Source: Isurus oxyrinchus | Taxonomy: Eukaryota | Length of the DNA stretch: 64,000 nt | Assembly (NCBI GenBank): GCA_026770705.1 | Contig: JANJGN010000026.1 | Coordinates: 36,332,001 to 36,396,000, forward strand | Reading direction: 5' to 3' | Shown: piece after piece, positions 1-12,860 of the stretch | Layout of the letters: each line of letters opens with the position of its first letter | Numbering within the stretch: position 1 is the stretch's first letter | The notes under the pieces: generated by a model | Database searches by the model: none | Seen by the model: the letters and a program-made list of their open reading frames with translations, nothing else | Told to the model about the DNA's origin: nothing | Translations under genes and position numbers: made by a program

Positions 1-5
1 GGAAT

Positions 6-112
6 GTAGTGGTAGTATGGGATAGTATAGTCAGAGGAGTTGACACCGTTTTTTGCAGAAACGTACGTGAATCCAGGTGGCTCTGTTGCCTGCCCAGTGC
101 TAGGGTACATGA
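6..112 (+). mobile_element. CR1-type LINE ORF1 (SGNH esterase-like) fragment
   Basis: Reads VVVWDSIVRGVDTVFCRNVRESRWLCCLPSARV, matching the GDS...CLPGA motif of CR1 ORF1 esterase domains. Confidence 0.65.
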
Positions 113-339
113 GACATTTTGTTAAGAACAAGTAACTGTAAGTAGCTGGGTTGCTTTCTCAGAGGCCCAGAATACATGCTGCGTCCATTAGGTCTGCACC
201 TTTGCTTTATGGTTATAAACAGCGCTATTCGCAACTACAGGCCACACGACCAGTTTTTCTCGGTGGATAAAGAGCTTTTTGAGAAATGGTGCAGCAAATG
301 TATGCAGCGGTCGATTCTTTATTGCTTCCTTATCACTGA

Positions 340-860
340 AAACCACCCATTTCCTCATCGTTGCTTGGGATGAAGGTCTTATCTTATTTAGAAGTCTTGA
401 ATAGTTTGGGTCAATGTCCAGTTGATTTTAGAAGATTGATAAGTAATTTAGACATGCATGATCCTGAGGTGGAGGGGGATGGGGCGGCGGTTGCGTCTTG
501 ACAGCGTAGATACAGGGCGGATATTTCCACTTGTGGGAGTGACCAGAATTAGGTAACAGAGTTTAAGAATAACAGTGCTACCTTTAAGACGGAAATGAAG
601 AGATTTGTTTTTCTCTCAGTTGTTCCTTCGTTTGTGGAATTCTTTTCCCCAGGAAGCAGTGGAGGCTGGTCAATAAATTTATTCAAGGGTGAATTATGTT
701 GCGCTAATACTAGCTAGATTTTTTTGTAGACAAGGGACTCAAGGGGCAGACGGAAAAGTGAAGTTGAGACCACAAGCAGATCAGCCATGAACGTATCGAA
801 TGGTGCATCAGGCTCTAAGGGCTGAATGGCCTACTTCTGCTCCATGGTCTCATGGTCGTA
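340..860 (+). mobile_element. CR1-type LINE 3' end, degenerate
   Basis: RT C-terminal remnant (...ttgtggaattcttttccccaggaagcagtggaggct...) and typical tail ggctgaatggcctacttctgctcc. Confidence 0.65.
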
Positions 861-2016
861 TTTTTATATGTTTCACGAGAGAATGTGGATGGTTGTGAGA
901 GGTTTGAAACACAGAATGACAATGTCGTGATCTGGTGTATTATAAACAGCGACATGGGATGGCCGTGTGTGACAGGAACTAAACAATTGTCTGGTGAAAC
1001 ATGAACCGCGCCAAAATATGTTCTGACATGATCGCCGAACATGATCAAATCTCATGAAATTTGATGCGATTTAATGTAATATGGACAAGATCCAATAAAT
1101 TAATAACAGAGACAGGGTCTAATCTAACATAAACGTGGATATTTTCCCCTTCAAAGAGAACTGAGACAGGGACTTGTATTACGTAACAGGTCCAAACTCA
1201 AATACAATAATAATTGAAAACGGATTTTGTGTGACGTCAACAAAATCATTGCCTTGTTCAGTATGAAAAATGTAAAGATCTAGTGTGGCATTGCCAGGAC
1301 TTGCATTTGCATACATTCAGAATGATGTGTTATGTGCTTTGCATGCACATGTGCTGCACAAACGAAATACGCAAACATGCATAGTACAGCATAGTATATG
1401 GTTTACATACATACACACACGCACACGTAATTGGTAGGGCATAACACCACCCTGAATTAGTAAACTTTCACATTACACTTTTTGCCCTTAAATGTGCAAC
1501 GTACGGTGCTGACAATTAGTACCACCCTTCAATCCTGCTTCCCCCTCGGAGTTACAAGGTTCATCCGAACTTTTCAACGAAATATTACGTCCTCAGGGTC
1601 TCAGGAAGCTTTAAGTCTGAACTTGTTTTCAAGCATAGTCGATATTGTAATGCAGGAAATATTAGTTCCACAGAGGGAAGCGGCAATGTGAAATTATTTG
1701 CCAGAAAGATTTGTCAATCTGAGTTTAATGGGAATAAAGGAATGGCGGGATTCAGGCACTTCTGCAAAATTTCAATTTGTGGCCAATAATAATAACAATG
1801 TCATTAAGTTACAAAATTATCAGCATATCCCAGTATCTCTTTATGAAACATTGACGAACCAATTTGGATGAAAGAAAAATGCCCCTCCTTTTCTTCGGGC
1901 AATCAGGTAGCATTGGACCATGAAATACAATGATTCCCAGAGCTCACTGTTTAATATTCCTTTGCCACAACACCTACATATTATGTACAAGCACTTGCGC
2001 TCAATGTACCATTGCA

Positions 2017-2170
2017 TGGAGTGAAGTGTCACGGAACATAGATATTTCCTGTAATCCCCATCTGTGAGCCGTGACACCGGTAAACTTATTCTGCAAGCTT
2101 TCGCCAAAGCTGAAGTGCTGGAGCGCCATCCAGTGGAACTTTGTATAAACGCAAAGCCTCTTAATTTCTA
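2017..2170 (-). pseudogene. Relic 3' half of an antigen-receptor V segment
   Basis: RISLPVSRLTDGDYRKYLCSVTL resembles FR3 (L-x-V-S-x-L-x-x-x-D-x-x-x-Y-x-C). It is followed by a degenerate heptamer TGCAATG (2010-2016), 23 bp, and ACATAATAT (1978-1986). Confidence 0.5.
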
Positions 2171-2506
2171 CCCGAATATTGCTGCATGATTTTGCTGAAT
2201 TATTATTACGTCAGATTATTATGTGTTGCTACTTTGATTTTATTTTTACTTTAACTGCTCTATTTAGTGTTTTCCATTTGTTACAGTTGCTTTTTTGCAT
2301 CAACTGTGAGATTATTTCCGTTCTCGATTGTGCTCAATACATTACTGCATGTTCATCGGCTTCACGTTAATAATTCCACCATTGATGAGGTTGGATGGAA
2401 ATTTCGTAAAAATGGAATCTTCCCACTCCCCTAATAATTAAAGGCGGCACAGATCCAAATTGGATAGGTCCATGAATCAAGGGTGATGATTATTTCGCCA
2501 TTTATT

Positions 2507-2625
2507 TGTTTGTGTGTGTGTGTACGTTAGCGTGTGTGCATCTGAGTGTGTGTCTGTTTGTGTGCATCTGAGAGTGTATGTGTGTGTGTGTGTGTGTGTC
2601 TGTGGGTGTGTGCGGGTGTGTGTGT
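2507..2625. repeat. (TG)n microsatellite, imperfect
   Basis: Directly visible. Confidence 0.95.
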
Positions 2626-3177
2626 ATGAATGCTACTCACCAGCCAAGCGTGTCAATCAGGGGCATCACAGTTTACTAAGCGAGAAATGCTTCCTCTACA
2701 CTACCCAGTCAAACACTGTCAGGACAGGTACGGCACATTTATGACACAAAATAAATCTCCTCTACACTTCCACTCCTAACCAGAGTCAGTGCAGCACGGG
2801 TTGCATATGGAATGAAAGCTCCAAACAATTCCAGGCATATAGAACAGGGATGATCTGCAGGGTGAATCTCCATCCACATTGTATCATTAAAGGCTCCTCG
2901 TATAGCTACTGCAGAATGAATGCAGAGAAATTCTGGTTCGATGAGCGCCGACTTTGCTAGAAATTGTGAAAGGAATGAACTTGTAACTTCTAAGTAAACA
3001 TAATTAATATTTTTTTCTATCAGATTACAGAGATGGTGTAATTTACACATCTAAATTAGATTTCTAAAGATTTAAACGTGTGTGTCTCTCATTTATGAGC
3101 TCTGTGACTTGTTGCCTCCTCAGTCCCCATGCCTAGTAAGTTCTCACATAGACTCCTGATCTCTTAGTTTCATGGTG

Positions 3178-3400
3178 TCGCACTGCATTGTAACAGACCG
3201 CAGGCCTAACGGCTGAAGTATGTTAACAGTGAGAGTGGTGGTGCCTTTCTCGTGGTCCACAGAAACTTTGAAGCTTCCCTCAACTCTTCTATCTATACAT
3301 GTGAAGACAGGATACTCGAGAACTTGATTGGAGATCTGCCAATGCCAGAATACGAGTTCTGGTCCGGAAGTTCTCCGATATATCGATATCTGAAATGTCT
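3178..3400 (-). pseudogene. TCR alpha/delta-like V pseudogene (FR2-FR3 relic)
   Basis: IYRRTSGPELVF...VEGSFKVSVDHEKGTTTLTVNILQP, then a frameshift to AVCYNAVR (cf. AVYYCAVR). Degenerate heptamer CACCATG at 3171-3177. Confidence 0.65.
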
Positions 3401-3855
3401 CTGAGTGAAAAGGAGCAGCTGCCACAATAATAATAAAATTATCTTAATGATATATGGGAGCAGAATTAAATAAAGTGCTTCCAAATATCAGCTATATAAA
3501 CTGATCTATCTATCGATTCATCTATCAGTCTATCCGCCCGCCTTTCTGTTTGTATGACTTCTTGTTTATCTGTTTATTCTCTCCTCTCTATCTAGATATC
3601 TGAGAGCCAGAGTTAGTTTTCCATCCATCTCTGTTTTCTATAGAATTTTACCGAATATGTTTCTCTACCCTGTATCTGTAATGGCAGCTATAGGATGTTG
3701 TAACTTTCTCCAGATGGAAGTTTAAACATGGGAAAGTAACATTTCTGAATATCACCAGCATTTCCAACGGTCCTGTGTTAGGGAAAGGCTAACGGTGCAA
3801 CGGACACGGCAGTGAACAAGACATTGTACGGCCAAATCCGCCGTTGTCTCAATTC

Positions 3856-4121
3856 GTCCCTCTCGCACAGTGCTAAACTCTGACGCCCTGGGCCGCTGTC
3901 CCATCTGTAGACTATTGGAATTATTCACTCTGTCAAAGGGCAGTGTGCAGCGTCTTTAGTCGCATTCCCCTGATAAATGGAGGCGGTAAATGTCGGAGTC
4001 CCTGTCAGTGTTTATACCAGGCTACGGAATTGCCAAAAACAACCGAGCGCCGACAGTCCGCTTCAACCTGTTCCCCTTCGCAAGACACGACCTGCTCAGG
4101 GTGGGAGCTCTGACCCTCGCA
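3856..4121 (-). pseudogene. V pseudogene (full-length exon, stops and frameshifts)
   Basis: Acceptor cctttcag, then CEGQSSHPEQVVSCEGEQVEADC...NSVAWYKH*, FDRVNNSNSLQM, ending V*HCARG (cf. VYYCAR). Confidence 0.7.
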
Positions 4122-5259
4122 CTGAAAGGATGTGAACAAAAGAAAAATCACTCACAAAACATATGGTATTATAACATTAGAAAAAAAAGCGTCTGATTAG
4201 ATAAATAAACTGATATAATATCAATAGCAACAGGGCTCCAATTGGAAACAGGTCTTTGCGGGGGTTTGTGTTCATGAAGATGAGGATGGACAAAAAGCAA
4301 ATCAATCAGGGTCTGATTTTCAGGCTGAGACTTGCTGCCGACCCCAGGACTTTCAACGGTGGGAAGGAAGAGGGGAGAGGTTTATATTCTCCTCGTGCAG
4401 TTGGAGACGGATGGGCGACATTCTCACCGGTTGGTCTGTTATAGGATGTCGTTACCTGACGTAATTCACGGTGCCACTGAGCGATTAGTGGCTTCTCAAA
4501 CCAAACCACTTGAACTGTCACTGCTCATGAATTTCTTTGCTTCTGGTGTATCAACGGGTTAAATTGTTTCATCAGGCTTGTTCTCTGTTGACTTTATAAC
4601 TATGAAGAACCATTCGCCATCTTAGTATCGGAGTGTTTTACAGCACAAAGAGAGGCAATTAGGCCTACTATGTGCTAACTCTCTTAAAGAGTTATCCATT
4701 TGTTCTTAATTACCTGTCTGGGGTCTGCATATTTGTCTTTTTAAATTTCCTTTGACTATTCAAATATTTATCCACTTGTCTTTCAAAATTACTGATAGAT
4801 ACTGTCTCCATCAAGGTTTTTCATGGGCCATCATATCTTCTAACAGTGCCCTGCTCAAAATACATAAATATTCTACGCTTTCCCTCTCCTTTACAATAAC
4901 GATAAATGACGCCATCCAGTTACTCACTGAGCATCTAGTCGGATTCTCTTCGTTTCTTATTAACCTTTTAAAACCTTCCTTGCTTGGGCACAGTCTGTCA
5001 GACTGCTTCTTAATATTCCCTCCCCTGGTGAAAAGTTGCTCATGTATTTGGATTAACATCTCTCACACCGCTACCCCCCACCCGCACAATCACACCTCCG
5101 CCCCGACGCCCCCCAACATCCCCCTCACCACCACCGCACCCCCCCCCACCTCACCACCCCACCCTTCCCCCCCTCCCTGCGCTACCCCTCCTTCACCTTT
5201 CTCAGACTGGTCCCAACTCTGACTAAGACATTAACAGAAAACGAAAGACGAGCCCTAAA

Positions 5260-6030
5260 ACTGGTCCCACGTGTAACAAAGGCAAAAATTGCTGGAAAAT
5301 CTCTGGTCAGATAGCATCTGTGGAGAGGAAGTTAAGTGTTTGAACTGTGTTCTCAACAATGACGTGCAGTTTTGCGCTTGTCTCTAAGTGCTATACAATC
5401 CACATGTCTGTTTATAATTTTGGATTATTTAGTTATTTTAGGCAATCAGCAGCTTTTTCCCCACTTTCAACACGAGTCCTGAATTCTTTCTCACCTTATC
5501 TCGTTTAAATTAATATTTACTTCTTTCTTCCTTCCCCCTACTTAACATTTCTTTTTCTATGAAACAAACAGACACGGAAATATTTAGTGGTACTTCGGAC
5601 CATTTGCTCTTTTATTTTATTCATTGGATGTGGTGGTCGCTGGTTAGGCCAGCAGTTATTGCCCATCCCTAATTGCCCCTTGTTCAGAGGGCATTTAAGA
5701 GTCAACCACATTGCTGTGGGCCTTGAGTCACATGAAGGATCGCGTGCCCTAAATGAACCAGAGGGGTTTTTAATTCCTGACTAAAACCTGACTTTTATTG
5801 AATTCAAATTGCACCAACGGCCACTGCGGGATAAGAACCCGGGTCCCAAAGCATTATCCTGGGTTTCTGGATTACTAGTCCAGCAACTATAACGCTACCT
5901 GTCCCCATCATGGCCCATTTGAGCAGGGAATTCCATAGAGAAGGGAACAACGCCTATGGAATGGTTAGCATTAGCTAATAAGGACACAAGTCAGAGGAAG
6001 TCCTGAATGAAATGTAGAAAGCTGTAAACT
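5260..6030 (+). repeat. Copy 1 of a local segmental duplication (copy 2 at ~8240-9255)
   Basis: gtgtttgaactgtgttctcaacaatgac...tctctaagtgct...caatccacatg and aggacacaagtcagaggaag recur, diverged, at 8249 and 9208. Confidence 0.8.
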
Positions 6031-6039
6031 CTTTTCAGT

Positions 6040-8235
6040 CAGGCAAATAAACTAAATTAACAAAATTTTTAAAAAGCAGCCCCTTAAAGTGAAGCTGCAA
6101 AAAGAAAGACAAAATTTGAAGGAAATTTGCAAACATTAAGCCTAAATGTGATTAAGAGGTTCAATTAAACACCCCAGTCACTACAGTGCCCACCGAGTAT
6201 GGAAAGCATCAGCAGTGCCGGCAGGCACCACGTGCTCCCTCTCCAGGGACGCCCGGCACAAATACAGTGAAGGAAAACAGGCAAACAGTCGGTTTGGACG
6301 ACCCCCTCGATCGGCCTCTGCCTGGACTGTGAATGGCCAACTTGGCTAGGCGCAGGAGCAGGTTCATGAGGAGATCCTCCTCCCTCCCGTCCCCTCTCCA
6401 GCTGGAAGCCTATAGATCAGGATCGTGGGACTGATGTACAAATAAAGCAGAAGCAAAAGGTTTTCAAGTAACTAAAAATGGGGTGCATTGTACAACAGCT
6501 CAAATAGGCATCCACAGACTCCAAAAGGCCGCAAAAAGCAGAGGCATCTTGGGAGTCTGTGAACTGACACATCCTACAGTTGTGTGGGACTACTGCATAT
6601 AACACCATCCACCCCAGGTCTCGATGGAAAATGGAAGGATATCCCTGTAGAGGGCCTCCCACTGGGGGCGTTCGCCCCTGGCCGGTAACAGGCAGCGGGC
6701 GAGGGCAAGGAACTAAATGGTGTGCAGCAAAAGCCGATGCAGGAAGCCCCACCATGCCGTGCTAAAGGTCACGGGGGTCATTGTTGCAAGGAGAGTCAAC
6801 TTGTGGGGCATGGGCTCCAGAAGGAGAGTTCGAGGCTTGGGGCCAATGTGGAATTTGGTCCGAACAGGGGTACGCTGAGACGGAGGAGAACAGCGCACCT
6901 GCGCCGCCTGAAGACCCAGGAAAACGTCATGGCAGAGCATGGCCGTGCAAAGTTTTTGGGTGGCATTGGCCATGAGCCGGACGTCCACCAATGCACGCTG
7001 TATCAAATACTTGGGAATCATCTAGCCCACTCATCCACCACCCAACACGTCCCCAATCCTGGTCACCCTAGCATCCACAGCCCTCCTCTCCATCAGCCAC
7101 TGAAAAGGGCGGAAGTGCGGCTTCCTGAGCAGCGGACCTCTGACGATGGCCGCTACTCCTGACAGCGGAGAGCTGCATCGCAAGGCAACCATGTGCCAGG
7201 CATTGATCAGGTCCTGGTAAAAGGTGGGCGATGCCTGCAAGGAGCCATGAAGGCCCCTCCGGTCTACAAACAGGAGCTGCACGTCATAACTCAGGTCGTG
7301 CACCTACTGGAGGAAATACATCGCCAGGGCACACTGTTTGGGAGGGGACTTGACGTAAAGGTGTCAGTGCAGGAAGCCTGACCGCCCTTCCTAAGTGGGA
7401 GACTCAGAAACTCAGCAGCTACCTAGTGCAGCAATTTGTTCCAGAAGAAGTCGACGAGAATTCTCTGCAGTTTTGTGACAAAATCCAGGAGAGGGGTCAA
7501 AGTGACCAGCCAGCATGACAACATGCGAAGCAGCTGGTTAATGACCAAAACTCGACCCCAGTAAGACAGCACTCGGAGCAGTCCTGTCCAGCGCCCCAGG
7601 CGAGTAGTGACTTTGGCCTCCAGCCCCTGCCAGTTCGCCAGCCACAATTCCTTAGCAGGGCAGAGGTGGACCCCAGGTCGAGGAGGCTGGCCGTGCTCCA
7701 GGTTAAAGGCCTGAGCTCCTCGGGTAGGACATCTATCTGCCACTGACCGACCAGGAGACCGGAACTGTTTCCCCAGTTGATCCTGGCAGAGGACACGGCG
7801 GAAAAGACCTCCTGGCACTCGCCCATCCTCCACAGGTCAGCCATGTTGGTAAAAATGAGGACACGTCAATGGTGTAAGCCTAGAGGACCGCCCCGAAGCC
7901 TGGTTCATGCAGGACTAATCCCGACAACCTCCTCCACAAGAGGCGCAAGAAAGGCTCCTGCGGACAGAATACAATTGGCCAGACAAGGGGCAGCCCTGAC
8001 GCACTGCTCTCCCAAAGTGAAGTGGTGCCTTCAGGGACCCGTTAATCTTAACTAAGCACTCTGCGGCAGTGCACAGAAGTCGGATCCGAGCGAAGAAATG
8101 CATCCCGAACACGAATGCTCGCATAGTCCCGAATAAATAATCGTGATGCACACTGTCTAACATCTCCTGGTCAAGAGACAGAAAGGCACTCGACAGACCA
8201 GTCCTCGGGGGAAAGCGGATGATGTCCCAGACCAG
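6040..8235 (-). mobile_element. Tx1-clade non-LTR retrotransposon, 5'-truncated and frameshifted
   Basis: RT motifs LDQE-x-x-D-x-V-x-H-x-YL and VKING...GRAVRQGCPLSGQLYS, then RVLVINQL and LQRILVDFFW, which are typical of Tx1/L1-group ORF2. GC-rich. Confidence 0.8.
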
Positions 8236-9226
8236 AAAGCTGGTCCACGTGTTTGAGCTGTGTTCTCAACAATGACATGTGCAGCTTTATCCTTGTCTCT
8301 AAGTGCTGTACAATCCACATGACTGTTTAGATTTTTTAAGTTTATTTAAGGCAATCAGCAGCTTGTTCCTCACCTTCAGCATCTGAATCCTGAATTTGCT
8401 CTCCCCCTTTCTCGTTTAAGTTAATACTTGCTTCTTTGTTACTTCTACATTTCGTCTATGGTGCATTTTGTTTTGCATGAGGCAAACAGGCAAGGAAAAG
8501 TTTGGTGACACTTTAGACCATTAACTCGTATTTTTATTCATTCATAGGATGTGGGCGTCGCTGACTAGGCTAGTATTTATTGCTTATCCTTAATTGCCCC
8601 TTTTCAAACGGCATTTAAGGTTCGATCACGTTGCTGTGTGTCTGCAGTCACATGTAGGCCAGACCGGTAAAGGAAGGCAGATTTCCTTCCCTAAGAGACA
8701 TTTTTTCTTCTGACGCTTACTAATTGTCCTTTTTGTCCTCTGCCTATATACCCAACGGGGCAGACACGCCACCTACTGATGCATTCGGGTATATTTGATT
8801 TTTTGAATCTGTCAAACTGAGTTTCACTTCCTGAAATGTTCTATTTTTCAATTTATTTCACTTGTGGAGTGGCTATTTGCTTCGTGGAGCAATGAGCTGA
8901 ACATGGTGATAAATATTGTAGATATTGCATTTTGTTTATTTGAATTGCAGTGATCGTAAATGATAAAAAAGTGATGTTTAATTGACAACCAAAAATATAC
9001 ATTCTCGGAATTTGGGTGTCAATGGTAATTCTGGTCCTTATTGTCCATCTGTAAGTGAATCTTGCAACATCTGTTCCTCCCGTGTTGACACTTTAACAAT
9101 GTTGCCCATCATGTTTGGTGGGTCCAACTGAAATCATGTTCTATGTGGGCAGAGAATTCAGTCGAGAACTGAACAACACCAGTGGGATCCTTCTCATCGA
9201 TCCAACAAGGGCACAAGTCAGAGGAA

Positions 9227-9500
9227 GCCCTGAAGGAAACGTAGAAAGTTGCAGTCAGACCATACTCTATGAGTACCGTCTTTAGTTCTCGCCACCAAGT
9301 AAGACTGAGGTCATTGAAGCTTGGCGGGAATGCAAGGGTGATTCCTGATTCTTCAGATGGAACTGTTTGAGTAGAGAGGAAAAACGAAAACAATGTTTTC
9401 GGACTGTTACCAACTGATTGTTGGTCGCACAGAAAGTGAACGCCAGTTGAACAGGTCTTCACTCTAACTTACAGAGTCCAAATCCAGGGAATTTCCTGCG
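9227..9500 (-). pseudogene. Possible highly decayed V segment
   Basis: VHFLCDQQSVGNSPKTL (cf. WYQQxPGxxPK), ESGI...LSLT, TATFYVSFR (cf. DxATFYCA). No canonical Cys or RSS remains. Confidence 0.3.
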
Positions 9501-9827
9501 TAATAACTAGGGGGATTGTAGGGGCGTTAGGATGCCTGGAAGGACAAATTAAGATGGGACAAACTGCTTCGTCATCCGTCAGTACCTTATGACTCTGAAA
9601 TTGATGTGCGGCATCGAAAACAGGAAAATGACGAATGAGTCTCTGGTGATGATGTGAGCTAAATTGCGCTTCCACGGTTTCTGCAGTTGGACTAATGTAA
9701 AACAAAACGACAACTCTTGTGGTGTGATCTACTGTGGCTATCTGTCTGTGTACCCTTGCGTGCAAATATGTGTTTTTCTGTCTGCACCTGTTCCGATTTC
9801 CAATGTTGTAGGTGAGGCTTGTGCTCT

Positions 9828-9842
9828 CCAGCAGAGGGCGCC
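9828..9842 (+). promoter_or_regulatory. CTCF-binding motif
   Basis: CCAGCAGAGGGCGCC fits the CTCF core CCASYAGRKGGCRS exactly. Confidence 0.7.
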
Positions 9843-9903
9843 CTCTGATCTCTGGAACTCGGACTTGTGATCACAAAATGAAGCTGCGAGGGAGCTTGGA
9901 CAT

Positions 9904-10028
9904 TGATTGGGCATGGGGTAGGGGAATGCGCATGCTTCAGAGCATTTGCCTTGTGACGTCAGCCTGTGAACATGTGAACGTCAGCTTTTTTGTCTCTATG
10001 ACGTCACTCGGAGGTCAGTGTGACGTCA
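9904..10028. promoter_or_regulatory. Promoter/enhancer-like motif cluster: CCAAT, NRF1-like site, three palindromic CREs
   Basis: tgATTGG (9904-9910), GCGCATGC (9928-9935), TGACGTCA at 9954, 9999 and 10021. Confidence 0.55.
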
Positions 10029-10404
10029 GCTGGTCTTGTTTGAAAGTTAGTTGTGCTTCCTCCGAGATGACAGGACTAAAGTAACTTTTAAAGCTTTAAA
10101 GCTTCTTTAAATATTCAGAAAGAAAGAAAGGATTAGTGAGGACAAATGTGGGTCTTTACAGTCCGAACCGGGAGAATTTAGAAGAGAAAACAAGGACATG
10201 GCAGAGCAATTAAAGTTTTTCTACGGGGTGGAAATTGGGCTGTGTAACTCTTTCGAGTACAAACACGTTTCCATCTGCTTCAGATGAAGTTACATTGTTT
10301 CATAGTTTGCCATTGTGAGATTTGAACTCTTGATCTTGGGCTAACAAGCCCAGTACCATAACCACTTGGCTATTTAGGCCAAGCCAATTGAGCTGTTTAT
10401 CTGA

Positions 10405-10680
10405 GGGTCTCAGAGCGCAGTCATAAACGGCGACCTCTGGCAGCTCCACCCAGAAACTCCCAGCGGAACCGTGACCTCTGTTCTCAGCTTTTTTATAAGT
10501 CCCTTCTTCGTGAAATTGGCTCATAAGGCGACATATTGGACAATAAGCAACAGGTTGACTGGAGCCCGACCAGGAAACTGCCAGCACAAGAAAAGGTAAT
10601 GGGCAATATCTGCTGTATTAAAATGACAATCCAGCATCACCTTCATTCTCCTTCTCCTTCCCCCATTGTCCTGTCCGAAT
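10405..10680 (-). pseudogene. TCR V-alpha/delta pseudogene
   Basis: VMLDCHFNTADIAHYLFLCWQFPGRAPVNLL...* then a frameshift to VELPEVAVYDCALRP. Both canonical Cys are present; the RSS is eroded. Confidence 0.8.
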
Positions 10681-11105
10681 ACTGTTTACACACAGAACAC
10701 CCGCTGGAACTGTTGGCTGGAAGAAAACTTGAACATTTAGAAACATTCGTCCCTTAACCGAACCTGATCATTATTTTTTCATTCGGATTCCACATGTGCA
10801 TGAACATCACAGTGAGCGCTAAAACCAGACAGAAATAAACAGAGAAACACATCCCTGTTCGCGAGTCCCAACGTGAGGACCGACCACTTCTCTACTGTGG
10901 AAAAAACCTTAACCAACACAGCAGCAAAATGAACTATTTCACTCTAAGACACACATAAGAATGGAGCTGTGTCAGCCCCATGCCATATCCTCTTCGGACA
11001 ATATCACACCATCAGTGATTAGAGGGAACTGGCCTGGCCGCTGTGAATCCACTCGGCCAGCATTCCAGCCGCTGGCACAGATGCACATTTATTCCTGGCT
11101 TATTT

Positions 11106-11119
11106 CCAGTAGGTGGCAG
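11106..11119 (+). promoter_or_regulatory. CTCF-binding motif
   Basis: CCAGTAGGTGGCAG fits the CTCF core and has the same orientation as the site at 9828. Confidence 0.6.
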
Positions 11120-11679
11120 TTGCATCAATGAAGTTGAAAAGCTCTCCAAATGTCACTGTTAAAGACGCGGAAAATTATATGAGTATTAAAATTGTTAACA
11201 GGGAGCGTGACAGTGAGTTTTAGTGGATTTAGGATTAAAGTCAATTTGCGCAGAGTCCGTTATTTTAGAATATGAATAAAGTCTTAGTTCTCGAACTTCT
11301 GCCTCCCTACGGAAGGGTTACTTGTGGCGCTGCCATCTGAGCTGAAAAAAAATTGTAGTGGGAGCTCCGACAAAGTCGGCTCACTCGATTGATGTGTAAT
11401 AGAACTTTAAATCTCGATCCTCACGTTGGATGGTAATGTTGCTTGTTTTAATTATGCTTTATTTTTGTTTAAAACATTGAAGGAAAGAATGGAATGCGCA
11501 GTCACAAAGTGAACACACAATCAAGTTCTTCCACGCTCTGCCTAAGAGAAATGAAAACTTTAGTCCTCTAATATTCACTTTCTTCATAATCATATCTTCC
11601 TTTGAAGCTGAATGATGACAGGGATGGACACTGGGGGTTGTTTGAATCAGCGGCGTAAATCAGAGTTCGACTCACGCAG

Positions 11680-11956
11680 ACGCACACAGGCACCACCCCC
11701 CCCCCCCCCACACACACACACACACACACGGTCACAGACAGACACATGCATACAGACACACAAACACACACAGAGACACACACAAAGGCACACGCGCACA
11801 AACGCGCATACACACAAACGCTGACACATACAAACGCACACAGACACACGAACACACAGACGCACCCAAACACAAACAGACCCGCAAACAAATGCACATA
11901 CGCTCATACACACACACTGAGACACACACACAAATGCAGACACTCGCAAACACACA
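11680..11956. repeat. Poly-C plus imperfect (CA)n microsatellite
   Basis: Directly visible; it explains the VC/HT-rich ORFs. Confidence 0.95.
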
Positions 11957-12399
11957 TTGATCAATGTAGCTGAGGGAAATCGATTGGGTTACTTTATGGA
12001 ATTATTGCAAATTGCTATTGCGGGTAGGACTTGGATCTTGCCAGATAAATGAACAAAGACGGGCAGAAATGCAACCCTTATTCTTAATGACCATATGAAC
12101 TGTAAAAATGCAGCATGGAACAATTGTACCTTGGAGTTATATGATGCTTCCATGAGATGACGGTGTTCACCTTGCTGGTTTCAGTGTGCACGGAGAACGT
12201 CATTCGGTTACTTTTTTGAATAAAACTGATTAAAGAAACGGATTCGGAAGTAAAAGCGTCATTTACAAATGGAATTCGTGTTTACTTTATAGTGATATTG
12301 TCAAATATTGAAGTATTGTCTGCGAGATATTGGAAATATATTCCATGAGACGTTCACCCAGTATCTACTTCCAGAAATGTACAGCAGGGCCGGAGGCCA

Positions 12400-12860
12400 T
12401 TGGCTGTTTGTTTACACGGCAGCCGGTAATTAGCAATCCAGCCTAAACTTACTTCTCAAGGTTTGATCAGTCGCCTTATAGGTTAAGACACTTGAAGGTG
12501 CATATCCTTTTTGTTAAATATTATGAAAGCTTCTGCCACTGATATCTTTTCCGGCTGTGAGTTACAGAAGCCCACTGCCCTCTAGGTGAGAAAAAATCTC
12601 CTCGTTTTCCCTTTTATAACTCCCACTTATTAACCAAAATCTATTCCCCCTTAGTTGCTGACCACACAACCAAAGAGCTTAGATCATGGTATCCAATTTT
12701 TTCAAAGTACTCATTATTTGATACGCTTCCTTTGAGTCTCCCCTTAGCCTCCTCTTTTCCGATGAAAAGAAGGCAAGACTGTCCAATATTTCCTCATAAC
12801 TAATACCCTTCAGTCTAGGAAAGACCCTTATAAATGTCCTCCTAGTACAATCACATTAAT
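12400..12860 (-). mobile_element. CR1-type LINE 3' fragment
   Basis: Reverse-complement CR1 3' features (ccactgccctctaggtgagaaaaaatctcc; tctccccttagcctcctcttttcc). Confidence 0.55.

Noticed and set aside
4752-5222. Proline-rich ORF (also 20393-20899)
   Set aside because: Derived from poly-C/CT low-complexity tracts and antisense LINE sequence.
11568-11973. Cys/Val- and His/Thr-rich ORFs (also 2514-2744, 60142-60607)
   Set aside because: Translations of CA/TG microsatellites.
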